This document shows, piece by piece, positions 1 to 10,050 of a stretch of 64,000 nt of DNA. This DNA comes from Bacteriovoracia bacterium (GTDB lineage: Bacteria > Bdellovibrionota > UBA1018 > CAIPTA01). The stretch covers positions 1,024,001 through 1,088,000 of the forward strand of contig JBFWVL010000001.1 of NCBI GenBank assembly GCA_050246755.1. Direction: 5' to 3'. Each line of letters starts with the position of its first letter. Positions within the stretch are counted from its first letter, which is position 1. The translations under genes and the position numbers were made by a program. The notes below the pieces were generated by a model. That model saw only the letters and a program-made list of their open reading frames with translations. It did not search any database and was not told where the DNA came from.

Positions 1-61
1 TTCGATGAATCTTTGCGTAATTTTTTCTGACTTGTCTAATATTCGTAAATAACGACGCCAT
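1..61 (-). CDS. rpoB: RNA polymerase beta subunit, 5' end only (runs off window)
   Basis: ATG at 61 reads MASLFTNIRQVRKNYAKIHR, resembling the RpoB N-terminal RK(N/S)(F/Y)AKI motif; canonical position after rplL. Confidence 0.85.
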   Translation of the reverse strand, partial: MASLFTNIRQVRKNYAKIHR

Positions 62-107
62 GTACTTCCCTTGGATGGATCAATTACACTTTTGGACGAG
101 AAATGAC

Positions 108-142
108 GGTTCCCCGTTTACATAAATTGCAAACGGGGAGCC
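108..142 (-). terminator. rplL-rpoB intergenic hairpin (attenuator/processing-site-like)
   Basis: Minus-strand GGCTCCCCGTTTGCA-attta-TGTAAACGGGGAACC forms a ~15-bp stem with one mismatch and one G-U pair; no strong U-tract. Confidence 0.5.
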
Positions 143-177
143 CTCGAAAGCCGATGACCGGCCAGCAGAGACATCAA

Positions 178-561
178 TTACTTGATGTCTACTTTTGCGC
201 CGACAGCTTCGAGCTTCTTCTTCATTTCTTCAGCGTCTTTTTTAGCAACGCCTTCTTTTACAGATTTCGGAGCGCCTTCTACGAGGTCTTTAGCTTCTTT
301 CAAGCCGAGGCCAGTGATTGCGCGCACTTCTTTAATTACTTCGATCTTCTTGTCGCCAGCAGAAGAGAGAATTACGTTGAATTCCGTTTTCTCTTCAGCA
401 GCAGCGCCGCCGCCAGCAGCGGGGCCAGCCGCGAAAGCCATAGGAGCAGCGGCAGTTACGCCGAATTTCTGTTCCAGGTCTTTTACGAGCGTAGAGAGTT
501 CGAGTACCGACATTTTTTCGATGGCGGAGATGATATCTTCTTTAGATAGAGCTGTAGACAT
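178..561 (-). CDS. rplL: 50S ribosomal protein L7/L12
   Basis: [34 protein letters not shown] motifs. Confidence 0.99.
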   Translation of the reverse strand: MSTALSKEDIISAIEKMSVLELSTLVKDLEQKFGVTAAAPMAFAAGPAAGGGAAAEEKTEFNVILSSAGDKKIEVIKEVRAITGLGLKEAKDLVEGAPKSVKEGVAKKDAEEMKKKLEAVGAKVDIK

Positions 562-603
562 TTGTATTTCCTCACTTATTAATCGTTAACGTTAAAACTA
601 AAA

Positions 604-1128
604 CTACCCTTGTTGGCCTTTTTTCTCCGCGATGGCGTGGACCACACGGGTGAAATCTCTTGGTACGGCATTCAATACACAAACGAAGTTGCGAATCGGT
701 CCGTTCATAACACTTAGCAACTGACTTAACAGCGCCTCTCGCGACGGCAACGTAGCGAGTTGTTTGATTTGTGCCTCAGACATGGCCTGGTCGCCCAGGA
801 TGCCATCCTTGATAGAAAATGCCTCTACCTTCTTCGCATACTCGGTGAGGGCTTTCGCCATCTCCACGGCGTCTCCGCCGGCGAAGAAAGTAACCGTAGG
901 ACCCGCTAGCTTTTCAACTAGTTGCTCCTTCGCACTCCCCTTCAATGCAACACGCACCAAATTGTTTTTGGCCACCTTAACGACAACTTTCTTGTCGCGG
1001 AGGCTACGCCGCAAAGCGTTCATCTCTTCCGAGCTAACACCTTTGTAATCGGCAAAAATCACAGCAGAAGAATCTTCAAAATTCTTTTTCAGACTGGAAA
1101 CTGCGTCTTGTTTAGTAATGGCTTTCAT
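604..1128 (-). CDS. rplJ: 50S ribosomal protein L10
   Basis: ADYKG, VAKNNL, LATLPSREALL motifs; synteny. Confidence 0.98.
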   Translation of the reverse strand: MKAITKQDAVSSLKKNFEDSSAVIFADYKGVSSEEMNALRRSLRDKKVVVKVAKNNLVRVALKGSAKEQLVEKLAGPTVTFFAGGDAVEMAKALTEYAKKVEAFSIKDGILGDQAMSEAQIKQLATLPSREALLSQLLSVMNGPIRNFVCVLNAVPRDFTRVVHAIAEKKGQQG

Positions 1129-1137
1129 CGCTTCCCC

Positions 1138-1863
1138 TTAAATCAAACCCTTGGATGCTTCCGCGGCATCCACTTGGATGCCAGGGCCCATGGTAGTCGA
1201 GACCGTTACCTTCTTCACGTAAACGCCCTTAGAGGTGGGTGGCTTCAATCGGAGCAAGGTCGCGAAGAAAACATCGAAGTTCTCTTTCAACTTTTGCGGG
1301 CCGAAGCTGCGTTTACCGATCAAGCACTGAACGATACCCGATTTTTCGGTACGAAATTCAACCTTGCCGGCCTTTTGCTCTTTCACTGCTTTTGCGATGT
1401 CCGCAGTCACAGTTCCAAGCTTAGGGTTGGGCATCAAACCGCGGGGACCAAGAATTTTAGCTACCTTAGAGATCGCCACCATCATGTCCGGAGTTGCCAC
1501 GGCTTTATCGAATTCCATCCAGCCTTCGTTGATTTTTTGCACGAGATCTTCGGCACCAACAAAATCCGCGCCGGCAGCAGACGCCTCCTGGGCCTTTTCA
1601 CCCTTGGCAAAAGCAATTACGCGAGTAACCTTACCCACGCCATGCGGGAGCACAACGGCAGTACGAACTTGCTGGTCCGATTGCTTGGCATCCACGCCAA
1701 GGTTAACGGAGACATCAACACTCTCATCGAATTTCGCAAAGGCCACTTCCGTAGCGATCTTCAAGGCTTGCTCGATGCTGTATTTCTTCTCTCTGTCGAT
1801 TTTGGAGTCAGCATCACGGAATTTTTTTCCGCGCTTTACTCCATTTAACGATTTTAGACTCAC
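1138..1863 (-). CDS. rplA: 50S ribosomal protein L1
   Basis: KFDESVDV, LGPRGLMPNPKLGTVT, STTMGPG motifs; GTG start with GGAGG SD at 1871-1875. Confidence 0.99.
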   Translation of the reverse strand: MSLKSLNGVKRGKKFRDADSKIDREKKYSIEQALKIATEVAFAKFDESVDVSVNLGVDAKQSDQQVRTAVVLPHGVGKVTRVIAFAKGEKAQEASAAGADFVGAEDLVQKINEGWMEFDKAVATPDMMVAISKVAKILGPRGLMPNPKLGTVTADIAKAVKEQKAGKVEFRTEKSGIVQCLIGKRSFGPQKLKENFDVFFATLLRLKPPTSKGVYVKKVTVSTTMGPGIQVDAAEASKGLI

Positions 1864-1876
1864 TTACTTACCTCCC

Positions 1877-1903
1877 GTGGTTCAAGCGGCCGAAGCCTCC
1901 CAC
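1877..1903 (-). promoter_or_regulatory. Ribosomal protein L1 autoregulatory binding site upstream of rplA
   Basis: Minus-strand GTGGGAGGCTTCGGCCGCTTGAACCAC matches the GUGGGAG...ACCAC L1-leader pattern and abuts the rplA SD. Confidence 0.75.
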
Positions 1904-1918
1904 ATTGACTAACAAAAA

Positions 1919-2344
1919 TTAACCTTCTACGGTAACGCCCATCGAGCGCGCAGATCCCTCGATCGTGCGCATGGCCGCTTCCACACTGGCCGCGGAGAGA
2001 TCCTTAAGCTTCAACTTGGCGATATCTTCAATTTGCTTCTTCGACACCTTGCCCACTTTCGTGCGGTTAGGGACACCCGATCCCTTTTCAATCTTCGCGG
2101 CCTTCTTCAGAAGAACAGCGGCCGGAGGGGTTTTGGTAATGAAAGTAAAAGAGCGGTCGGAGTAAACCGAGATGATCACCGGAATAACCATACCCTGAGC
2201 TTCTTTAGTAGCGGCATTGAACGCTTTACAGAACTCCATGATGTTTACGCCACGCTGACCTAGAGCGGGACCTACGGGGGGAGCGGGGTTCGCCTGACCG
2301 CCGGGGATCTGTAATTTAATCTGTCCAGTTAACTGCTTAGCCAT
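1919..2344 (-). CDS. rplK: 50S ribosomal protein L11
   Basis: [27 protein letters not shown] motif. Confidence 0.99.
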   Translation of the reverse strand: MAKQLTGQIKLQIPGGQANPAPPVGPALGQRGVNIMEFCKAFNAATKEAQGMVIPVIISVYSDRSFTFITKTPPAAVLLKKAAKIEKGSGVPNRTKVGKVSKKQIEDIAKLKLKDLSAASVEAAMRTIEGSARSMGVTVEG

Positions 2345-2362
2345 GAAAAGCCTCCAAAATCC

Positions 2363-2998
2363 TTAAATCTTCTCAACCTGAACAAAGTCGAGCTCTACCG
2401 GAGTAGAGCGACCGAAAATGCTTACGAGCACCCGGAGCTTGCCTTTGTCTGCGTTGATGTCTTCAATTACGCCATTAAAATTATTGAACGGGCCGTCTAC
2501 CACGCGAACCTTTTCGCCCTCAGAGAACGAAACCTTCGACTTCGGACGAGCCGCACCTTCAGAAATTCGGTTTGTCATACGAAGGATTTCAGACTCAGAC
2601 ACAGGCGCCGGATTCCGCTTATCACCCACGAAGCCGGTTATCTTCGAGGTATTCTTGATCATGTGCCACGACTCATCGGTCAGCAGCATCTTCACGAGAA
2701 TATAGCCCGGGAAAAACTTACGCTTCGTGGTCTTCTTCTGGCCGCGAACCAACTCGACAACCGTCTCTTCAGGAACGATAACTTCAGAAATAAGGCTTTC
2801 TTTCTTGAGCGAGCGCACGCGCTCTTCGAGGGCAAGCTTGGCCTTATATTCCATGCCCGAATGGGCGTTTACCACGTACCACTTGTGGTCGGGGTAGTTC
2901 ACGTCGGTCAAAGGCTTGCGCTCGGTAGACGCCTCTACCGTCTCCACCGAGGAGTCTACTACTTCTGCGTCATTCATTTCGTTTTCGTCGCCGAACAC
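2363..2998 (-). CDS. nusG: Transcription termination/antitermination factor NusG
   Basis: WYVV...FPGYILV NGN domain and KOW domain (GEKVRVVDGPF, VSIFGRSTPVEL); GGAGG SD before GTG start. Confidence 0.99.
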   Translation of the reverse strand: MFGDENEMNDAEVVDSSVETVEASTERKPLTDVNYPDHKWYVVNAHSGMEYKAKLALEERVRSLKKESLISEVIVPEETVVELVRGQKKTTKRKFFPGYILVKMLLTDESWHMIKNTSKITGFVGDKRNPAPVSESEILRMTNRISEGAARPKSKVSFSEGEKVRVVDGPFNNFNGVIEDINADKGKLRVLVSIFGRSTPVELDFVQVEKI

Positions 2999-3011
2999 GG
3001 GTAGCCTCCGC

Positions 3012-3386
3012 TCAAATCACAAGCCCAATTAAATAAATCCAAAAATTATCGATCATCCAAAAAACCACTCCGGCAATCGTTACCGCGATTAAAACCGCGA
3101 TCGTCGCCTTGGTGGTTTCGCCCTGGGTTGGCCAGGTTACCTTAGAGATCTCTGCGACCACTTCATTCATGAAGGTAGTTGCCACTGCGCTCTTCGCCAA
3201 TCCGAAGAAAAGAGCCACTCCAACTAAGGCAGAACCGCCGAGGATAATTTTATCCAGCGAGCGGACACGTCCTTCGAAATCCAGGAGTACGGCAAACTTC
3301 GTTGATAGAACGAAGAGCACGTATGCCAAGAGCAACGAGGCCGCTACGAAACTTAAATTGACCCACTTCTGCTGGTTGTTTTCCAT
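3012..3386 (-). CDS. secE: Preprotein translocase SecE (3-TM form)
   Basis: EISKVTWPT conserved motif, three hydrophobic segments, position upstream of nusG; ATG at 3386 (MENNQQ) preferred. Confidence 0.95.
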   Translation of the reverse strand: MENNQQKWVNLSFVAASLLLAYVLFVLSTKFAVLLDFEGRVRSLDKIILGGSALVGVALFFGLAKSAVATTFMNEVVAEISKVTWPTQGETTKATIAVLIAVTIAGVVFWMIDNFWIYLIGLVI

Positions 3387-3692
3387 ATTCCGCCAGTACT
3401 GTCTTTGGAAACTGTCTTTAGACACCATTTAAAACCAAGAATCTAGTAAAAAATGGCTCCTTGGCATGTTTTTTGTTGACGTAGAAAAAGGACTTGGTTC
3501 TCTTTTCCCGACAAAAATGCTTTAACGGCACCGGCACCCACCAAAGTATAGCTCCGTAAAGCAAGGCGGAGAATGATCGAAGCCCCTCTCCGGCTACCAC
3601 TAGCAGCCCCCCCACACACTCTAACAGTTAAGTTCCGCCGCTTTGACCAACCACGTTGATGTTCGCTAAATGTCGAAATTGGAAATAAGAAT

Positions 3693-3769
3693 TGGCAGGC
3701 CAGGAGGGACTCGAACCCACAACACGCGGATTTGGAATCCGCTGCTCTACCAATTGGAGCTACTGGCCT
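3693..3769 (-). tRNA. tRNA-Trp (CCA)
   Basis: AGGCCAGTAGCTCCAATTGGTAGAGCAGCGGATTCCAAATCCGCG...CCTGCCA cloverleaf, anticodon CCA, encoded CCA end. Confidence 0.97.
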
Positions 3770-3787
3770 ATCGTTGAAACTTTATAC

Positions 3788-3818
3788 AAGAAAGGGAGCC
3801 ATGAGGCTCCCTTTTCTT
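3788..3818 (-). terminator. Rho-independent terminator-like hairpin after tuf
   Basis: AAAGGGAGCC-tcat-GGCTCCCTTTCTT on the minus strand, about 20 nt after the tuf stop. Confidence 0.7.
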
Positions 3819-3838
3819 TAGAAACGTGAATTCAGAGC

Positions 3839-5029
<1,191 letters not shown>

Positions 5030-5068
5030 GACTACTCCTAACCTATTTTTGGTTACAAAAATTCAAAT

Positions 5069-5144
<76 letters not shown>

Positions 5145-5185
5145 CCTTACGAGCCATCTAACAGATATCCAGCGGAACGATCCTA

Positions 5186-5195
5186 CCGGTAACTT
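5186..5195 (+). repeat. 10-bp direct repeat CCGGTAACTT, copy 1 (copy 2 at 6680-6689)
   Basis: Identical 10-mer on both sides of the gene inserted into the tRNA cluster. Confidence 0.5.
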
Positions 5196-5297
5196 ATTAG
5201 AATTACAAAAGTTCGATTATCAAATATGCACGATTGTGGCAACCAGACATTTGCAGAACGGCCCACCGAAAAATAACGGTGAGCGTCATGCCTCGGA

Positions 5298-6602
5298 TTA
5301 CTCTCTTGCCCCCGCCGGCAACAACAACCAGTAGGTGCCCGTAAGGCATTCCTTCGTAAGAAGATGGCCTCGGCAGAGCTGAGAATAGTACCCTTCACCA
5401 CGCTCCATGTTCAGGTACTGCGCATTAGACTTTAGGAAGTAAAGCGCCAAGAAGAGGAGCAAGGCCACCCTCAGCGAAAATCTAGCCTGAAAACGCCCCC
5501 AGATTATTGGTCCATAGAACCAGCATAAAAATAGAAAACTCACAACAAGCGCAAACTGGAAGTGCCGGTAGATCATAACCGGGTGACGAAAAAACCACCA
5601 ATATCCGTATCCCAAATTGAAGGCGGCATAGAGGGCGAGAATGGCCTTGTCGGATTTTTGCCAGCGACGGCCGAGCTGAAGCCATGAATCAAAAAAAACC
5701 AAAACTGGAGCAAACACGAAAAATAGAATTCGCACCTTCATTCCAATTGGGTAATTCACCCACTCAAAACCACTTAAGCTCAGCCGTTCCGCTAAAGAAT
5801 ATTTGACTCCCGAAAGGCCCGCTCCCCCTTGATGGGTCACAAAATAGAAAAGCTCCGCCGGCCAGCGCATGGCAGCGGTGAAATCCAGGCGCACGGTGAT
5901 GTAAGCCATCCAAATAAGCATCGGAAGAAAAAGCCCGACGAATGCCTTGAGAGCGGAGGCTGCCCCCGCCTTCAGACGTTGCTCGTGAAATATAACGTCC
6001 CAGGCCGGCGGCATAAATATTAGTAATAAGGCTCCGGGAAGAATTACCACCTTGCAGCCCCAAACTGCCGTTCCGAGCAGAAAACCGGCAAGGAGTGGTT
6101 GGCGCCTCAGGAGAAGAAAGGCAAAGGCATAGAATATGGCCCCCTGTATCTCTGCCAGATTTTGAAGAACGGTTTGCCAATTGGGAATTAGGAACAATAG
6201 AAACATCCACAGGAGAAACGTGGCTCTCAACAAACCAAAACGCCCAAGCATCTGTTTGGGAGAGGGAACGGCAAGGGCCAACAGCGCAAAAAATAATCCC
6301 AAATGCCATGCCAGCAACAGAAGACGCTGTAGAAAAAGGCTTCCGCCCAATACCCATACTAACCCGCTAATCCAGGTCAGGGGCAAACCGGAGGTTATTT
6401 CAGCATCGAATGGCTTCGAGAAACGAACGGCTGAATAAATACCAGTCTTCATGAAATGATAAGCGGCCGCGGAGTTATCCACCGTCTCGTCCACAAAGAA
6501 CCCGAGCTTCAGCGCCACTTGCACGCAAAAGGAAAGGCAAAGAGCAGCGGCTAAAATCCAAAGGATTGGTTCAAGCTGAGTTTGAATTTTTTTACTGCTC
6601 AT
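5298..6602 (-). CDS. Polytopic membrane protein, probable GT-C-fold glycosyltransferase (PMT/ArnT-like)
   Basis: About 11-12 hydrophobic segments; acidic VDE motif in the loop after TM1; RH motif before a late TM; family call is by pattern only. Confidence 0.65.
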   Translation of the reverse strand: MSSKKIQTQLEPILWILAAALCLSFCVQVALKLGFFVDETVDNSAAAYHFMKTGIYSAVRFSKPFDAEITSGLPLTWISGLVWVLGGSLFLQRLLLLAWHLGLFFALLALAVPSPKQMLGRFGLLRATFLLWMFLLFLIPNWQTVLQNLAEIQGAIFYAFAFLLLRRQPLLAGFLLGTAVWGCKVVILPGALLLIFMPPAWDVIFHEQRLKAGAASALKAFVGLFLPMLIWMAYITVRLDFTAAMRWPAELFYFVTHQGGAGLSGVKYSLAERLSLSGFEWVNYPIGMKVRILFFVFAPVLVFFDSWLQLGRRWQKSDKAILALYAAFNLGYGYWWFFRHPVMIYRHFQFALVVSFLFLCWFYGPIIWGRFQARFSLRVALLLFLALYFLKSNAQYLNMERGEGYYSQLCRGHLLTKECLTGTYWLLLPAGARE

Positions 6603-6654
6603 TTAGGTAGAAATGTCTGTTTGAACTGACGGGCGGGAAAACCAAGATCGGGCG

Positions 6655-6703
6655 CGCTCCAAATTTTAAAGAATGCTTTCCGGTAACTTTAAAATTTGGA
6701 GCG
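6655..6703. repeat. Perfect 17-bp inverted repeat overlapping the tRNA-Gly 3' end
   Basis: CGCTCCAAATTTTAAAG (6655-6671) and CTTTAAAATTTGGAGCG (6687-6703) with a 15-nt loop. Confidence 0.85.
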
Positions 6704-6773
6704 GGAGACGGGTCTCGAACCCGCAACCCTCAGCTTGGAAGGCTGATACTCTAGCCAATTGAGCTACTCCCGC
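6697..6773 (-). tRNA. tRNA-Gly (TCC)
   Basis: GCGGGAGTAGCTCAATTGGCTAGAGTATCAGCCTTCCAAGCTGAG...CCCGCTCCA cloverleaf. Confidence 0.97.
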
Positions 6774-6799
6774 CCACTATTGCGGACGGCAAATAAATT

Positions 6800-6885
<86 letters not shown>

Positions 6886-6919
6886 ACTTTGCTTTACCTG
6901 CCGATACACCTCAGAAAAC

Positions 6920-6996
6920 TGGAGCCGGTAGAGGGAATTGAACCCACGACCTGCGCTTTACAAAAGCGCTGCTCTAGCCAACTGAGCTACACCGGC
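6920..6996 (-). tRNA. tRNA-Thr (TGT)
   Basis: GCCGGTGTAGCTCAGTTGGCTAGAGCAGCGCTTTTGTAAAGCGC...CGGCTCCA cloverleaf. Confidence 0.97.
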
Positions 6997-7036
6997 ATGC
7001 GTCGCTGAAGTCATTTGCTGTCGCAAACTGCTTAGC

Positions 7037-7064
7037 AATATAGTCGGCAGGTCAAATAATGCAA
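7037..7064 (-). promoter_or_regulatory. Sigma70-type promoter of the tRNA-tuf operon
   Basis: TTGCAT-N16-TATATT, 40 nt upstream of tRNA-Thr(TGT). Confidence 0.6.
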
Positions 7065-7110
7065 GAGTTCTCCTGAGCCAACCAAAGGCCGTGGAATTAT
7101 GGGCGGCGCG

Positions 7111-7884
7111 TTATCTCTTTTCAGCGTTCGCCCGGCTCTCCCGAACCAGCGCCAGAGATACGGCCGCGGCGGTGGCAGCATTCAAGGAAATTAAAGGGCC
7201 GTGACCTGGCAGGCTCACCATAAAATCGCAGGTTTTTTCGGTGAGCTGACGCACTCCGCTCTCCTCATTGCCGATCACAAGACCGATAGGAGAATCTAGA
7301 CGAGCGGTTCGAAATTGCTCTTTTGCATGCTCCGAAAGCCCCACGATCCAAAAACCCTCTTCCTTCGCCTCCTCCATGGCCTGAACCAGGTTCGAAACGC
7401 GAGCGATCGGGACGTGGATAAATCCACCGGAAGAAATCTTAATTGCGGCGGGAGTTAAAGGAGAAGAACGATTTTCGGTAACCACTAAGCCACTCACTCC
7501 AAAAAAAGCGGCCGAGCGGAGAATGGATCCTAGGTTTTGAGGATCAGTGATCGAGTCTAAATAAATTACAATTGGGTACTGCTCTCGTTCTTTTGCCGCC
7601 CGGATCATTTCCAAGTGGGAAATTGTTTCAATTTCACCCATCTCCGCAAAAATTCCCTGCGAAGACTCAAGCTCCACTGGGGTTCCCCCCGCTCGCTTGA
7701 AATCGGCCTCGAATCGGGCTTTATCCTTCTGAGAATAGGCATTCCAGGTGACTTTATTTTTTTGCGCCAGCGAACGGACGGAAATAGCGCGGTCGGCGGA
7801 ATTGCGGTCGAGGCAATGAATTGAGCGGATTTTGTATTTAGAATTAAGTAAGGCCTCTACGGCATGAAATCCGATGATGATCAT
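7111..7884 (-). CDS. rlmB: 23S rRNA Gm2251 methyltransferase (SpoU/TrmH family)
   Basis: GFHAVEALL, DPQNLGSILRSA, IGNEESGV, SLNAA SPOUT motifs. Confidence 0.92.
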   Translation of the reverse strand: MIIIGFHAVEALLNSKYKIRSIHCLDRNSADRAISVRSLAQKNKVTWNAYSQKDKARFEADFKRAGGTPVELESSQGIFAEMGEIETISHLEMIRAAKEREQYPIVIYLDSITDPQNLGSILRSAAFFGVSGLVVTENRSSPLTPAAIKISSGGFIHVPIARVSNLVQAMEEAKEEGFWIVGLSEHAKEQFRTARLDSPIGLVIGNEESGVRQLTEKTCDFMVSLPGHGPLISLNAATAAAVSLALVRESRANAEKR

Positions 7885-8585
7885 AGGTCGCGCAATATCC
7901 CTTCCAGCCTAGCCACTGGATCAGCCGCGGCGGTTATGGGCCGCCCAATCACGAGGCAATGAGCTCCCGCGGAAGCCGCCTCCCTGGGCGTGAGCGTACG
8001 CTTTTGGTCGTTAGCGCTGCTTCCGACGGGACGAATGCCGGGAACCATGGTCTGAAAGTCCTTGCCGGCGAGGGCGCTCACCAAAGCAAGCTCCTGGGCC
8101 GAGCAAACCACTCCATCGAGCCCCGAAAGCTGGGCAAGCTCTACGAATTGCTTCACTTGGGCTGAGGCTGAACGAGGAAAACCAATTTCCTGGATACCCT
8201 TATCATCCAAGCTAGTAAGCACAGTTACTCCTAGCAGCGTGGGACGAGGGAGGGAAAGCTTTTGCGCCTCATCGGAGACGGCCTCAGCCGAAGCACGTAA
8301 CATTTCAGCTCCACCGCCACAGTGCACATTGAGGTACCCCACCCCCAAGCGAACCGCCGAACGCACGGCACCAGCGGCGGTATTGGGAATATCGTGAAAC
8401 TTTAGATCTAAGAAAACCTTCGCTCCGTGATCTACCAGCGATTGGATGAAGGAAGGTCCCGTGGCCACAAATAGCTCTAACCCTACTTTAAAATAGGGAT
8501 TCAACGGAGAAAGTTGGCGAAAAATGGCGAAGGCCGATGCGGCATCGGGGTAGTCGAGCGCAACGAAAACCTTCGGCTTGGTCAT
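7881..8585 (-). CDS. pyrF: Orotidine-5'-phosphate decarboxylase
   Basis: VALD, FLDLKFHDIPNT, PGIRP, VIGRPIT motifs. Confidence 0.98.
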   Translation of the reverse strand: MTKPKVFVALDYPDAASAFAIFRQLSPLNPYFKVGLELFVATGPSFIQSLVDHGAKVFLDLKFHDIPNTAAGAVRSAVRLGVGYLNVHCGGGAEMLRASAEAVSDEAQKLSLPRPTLLGVTVLTSLDDKGIQEIGFPRSASAQVKQFVELAQLSGLDGVVCSAQELALVSALAGKDFQTMVPGIRPVGSSANDQKRTLTPREAASAGAHCLVIGRPITAAADPVARLEGILRDL

Positions 8586-8586
8586 T

Positions 8587-10050
<1,464 letters not shown>

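Noticed and set aside
922-1848. 308-aa + strand ORF and other long antisense ORFs over rplL, rplK, tuf and proS
   Set aside because: Shadows of highly biased, conserved genes on the opposite strand; no SD, motifs or protein-like composition.
3418-3615. 65-aa minus-strand ORF considered as a displaced rpmG (contains LKHFCREKR)
   Set aside because: Lacks the L33 pattern (N-terminal strand, Y.T.KN, H.E.K); likely spurious.
5183-5401. ORF with RGQESNP, reminiscent of tRNA-shadow translations, suggesting a tRNA fragment or att site
   Set aside because: The DNA shows no T-arm or acceptor match to any tRNA in the cluster.
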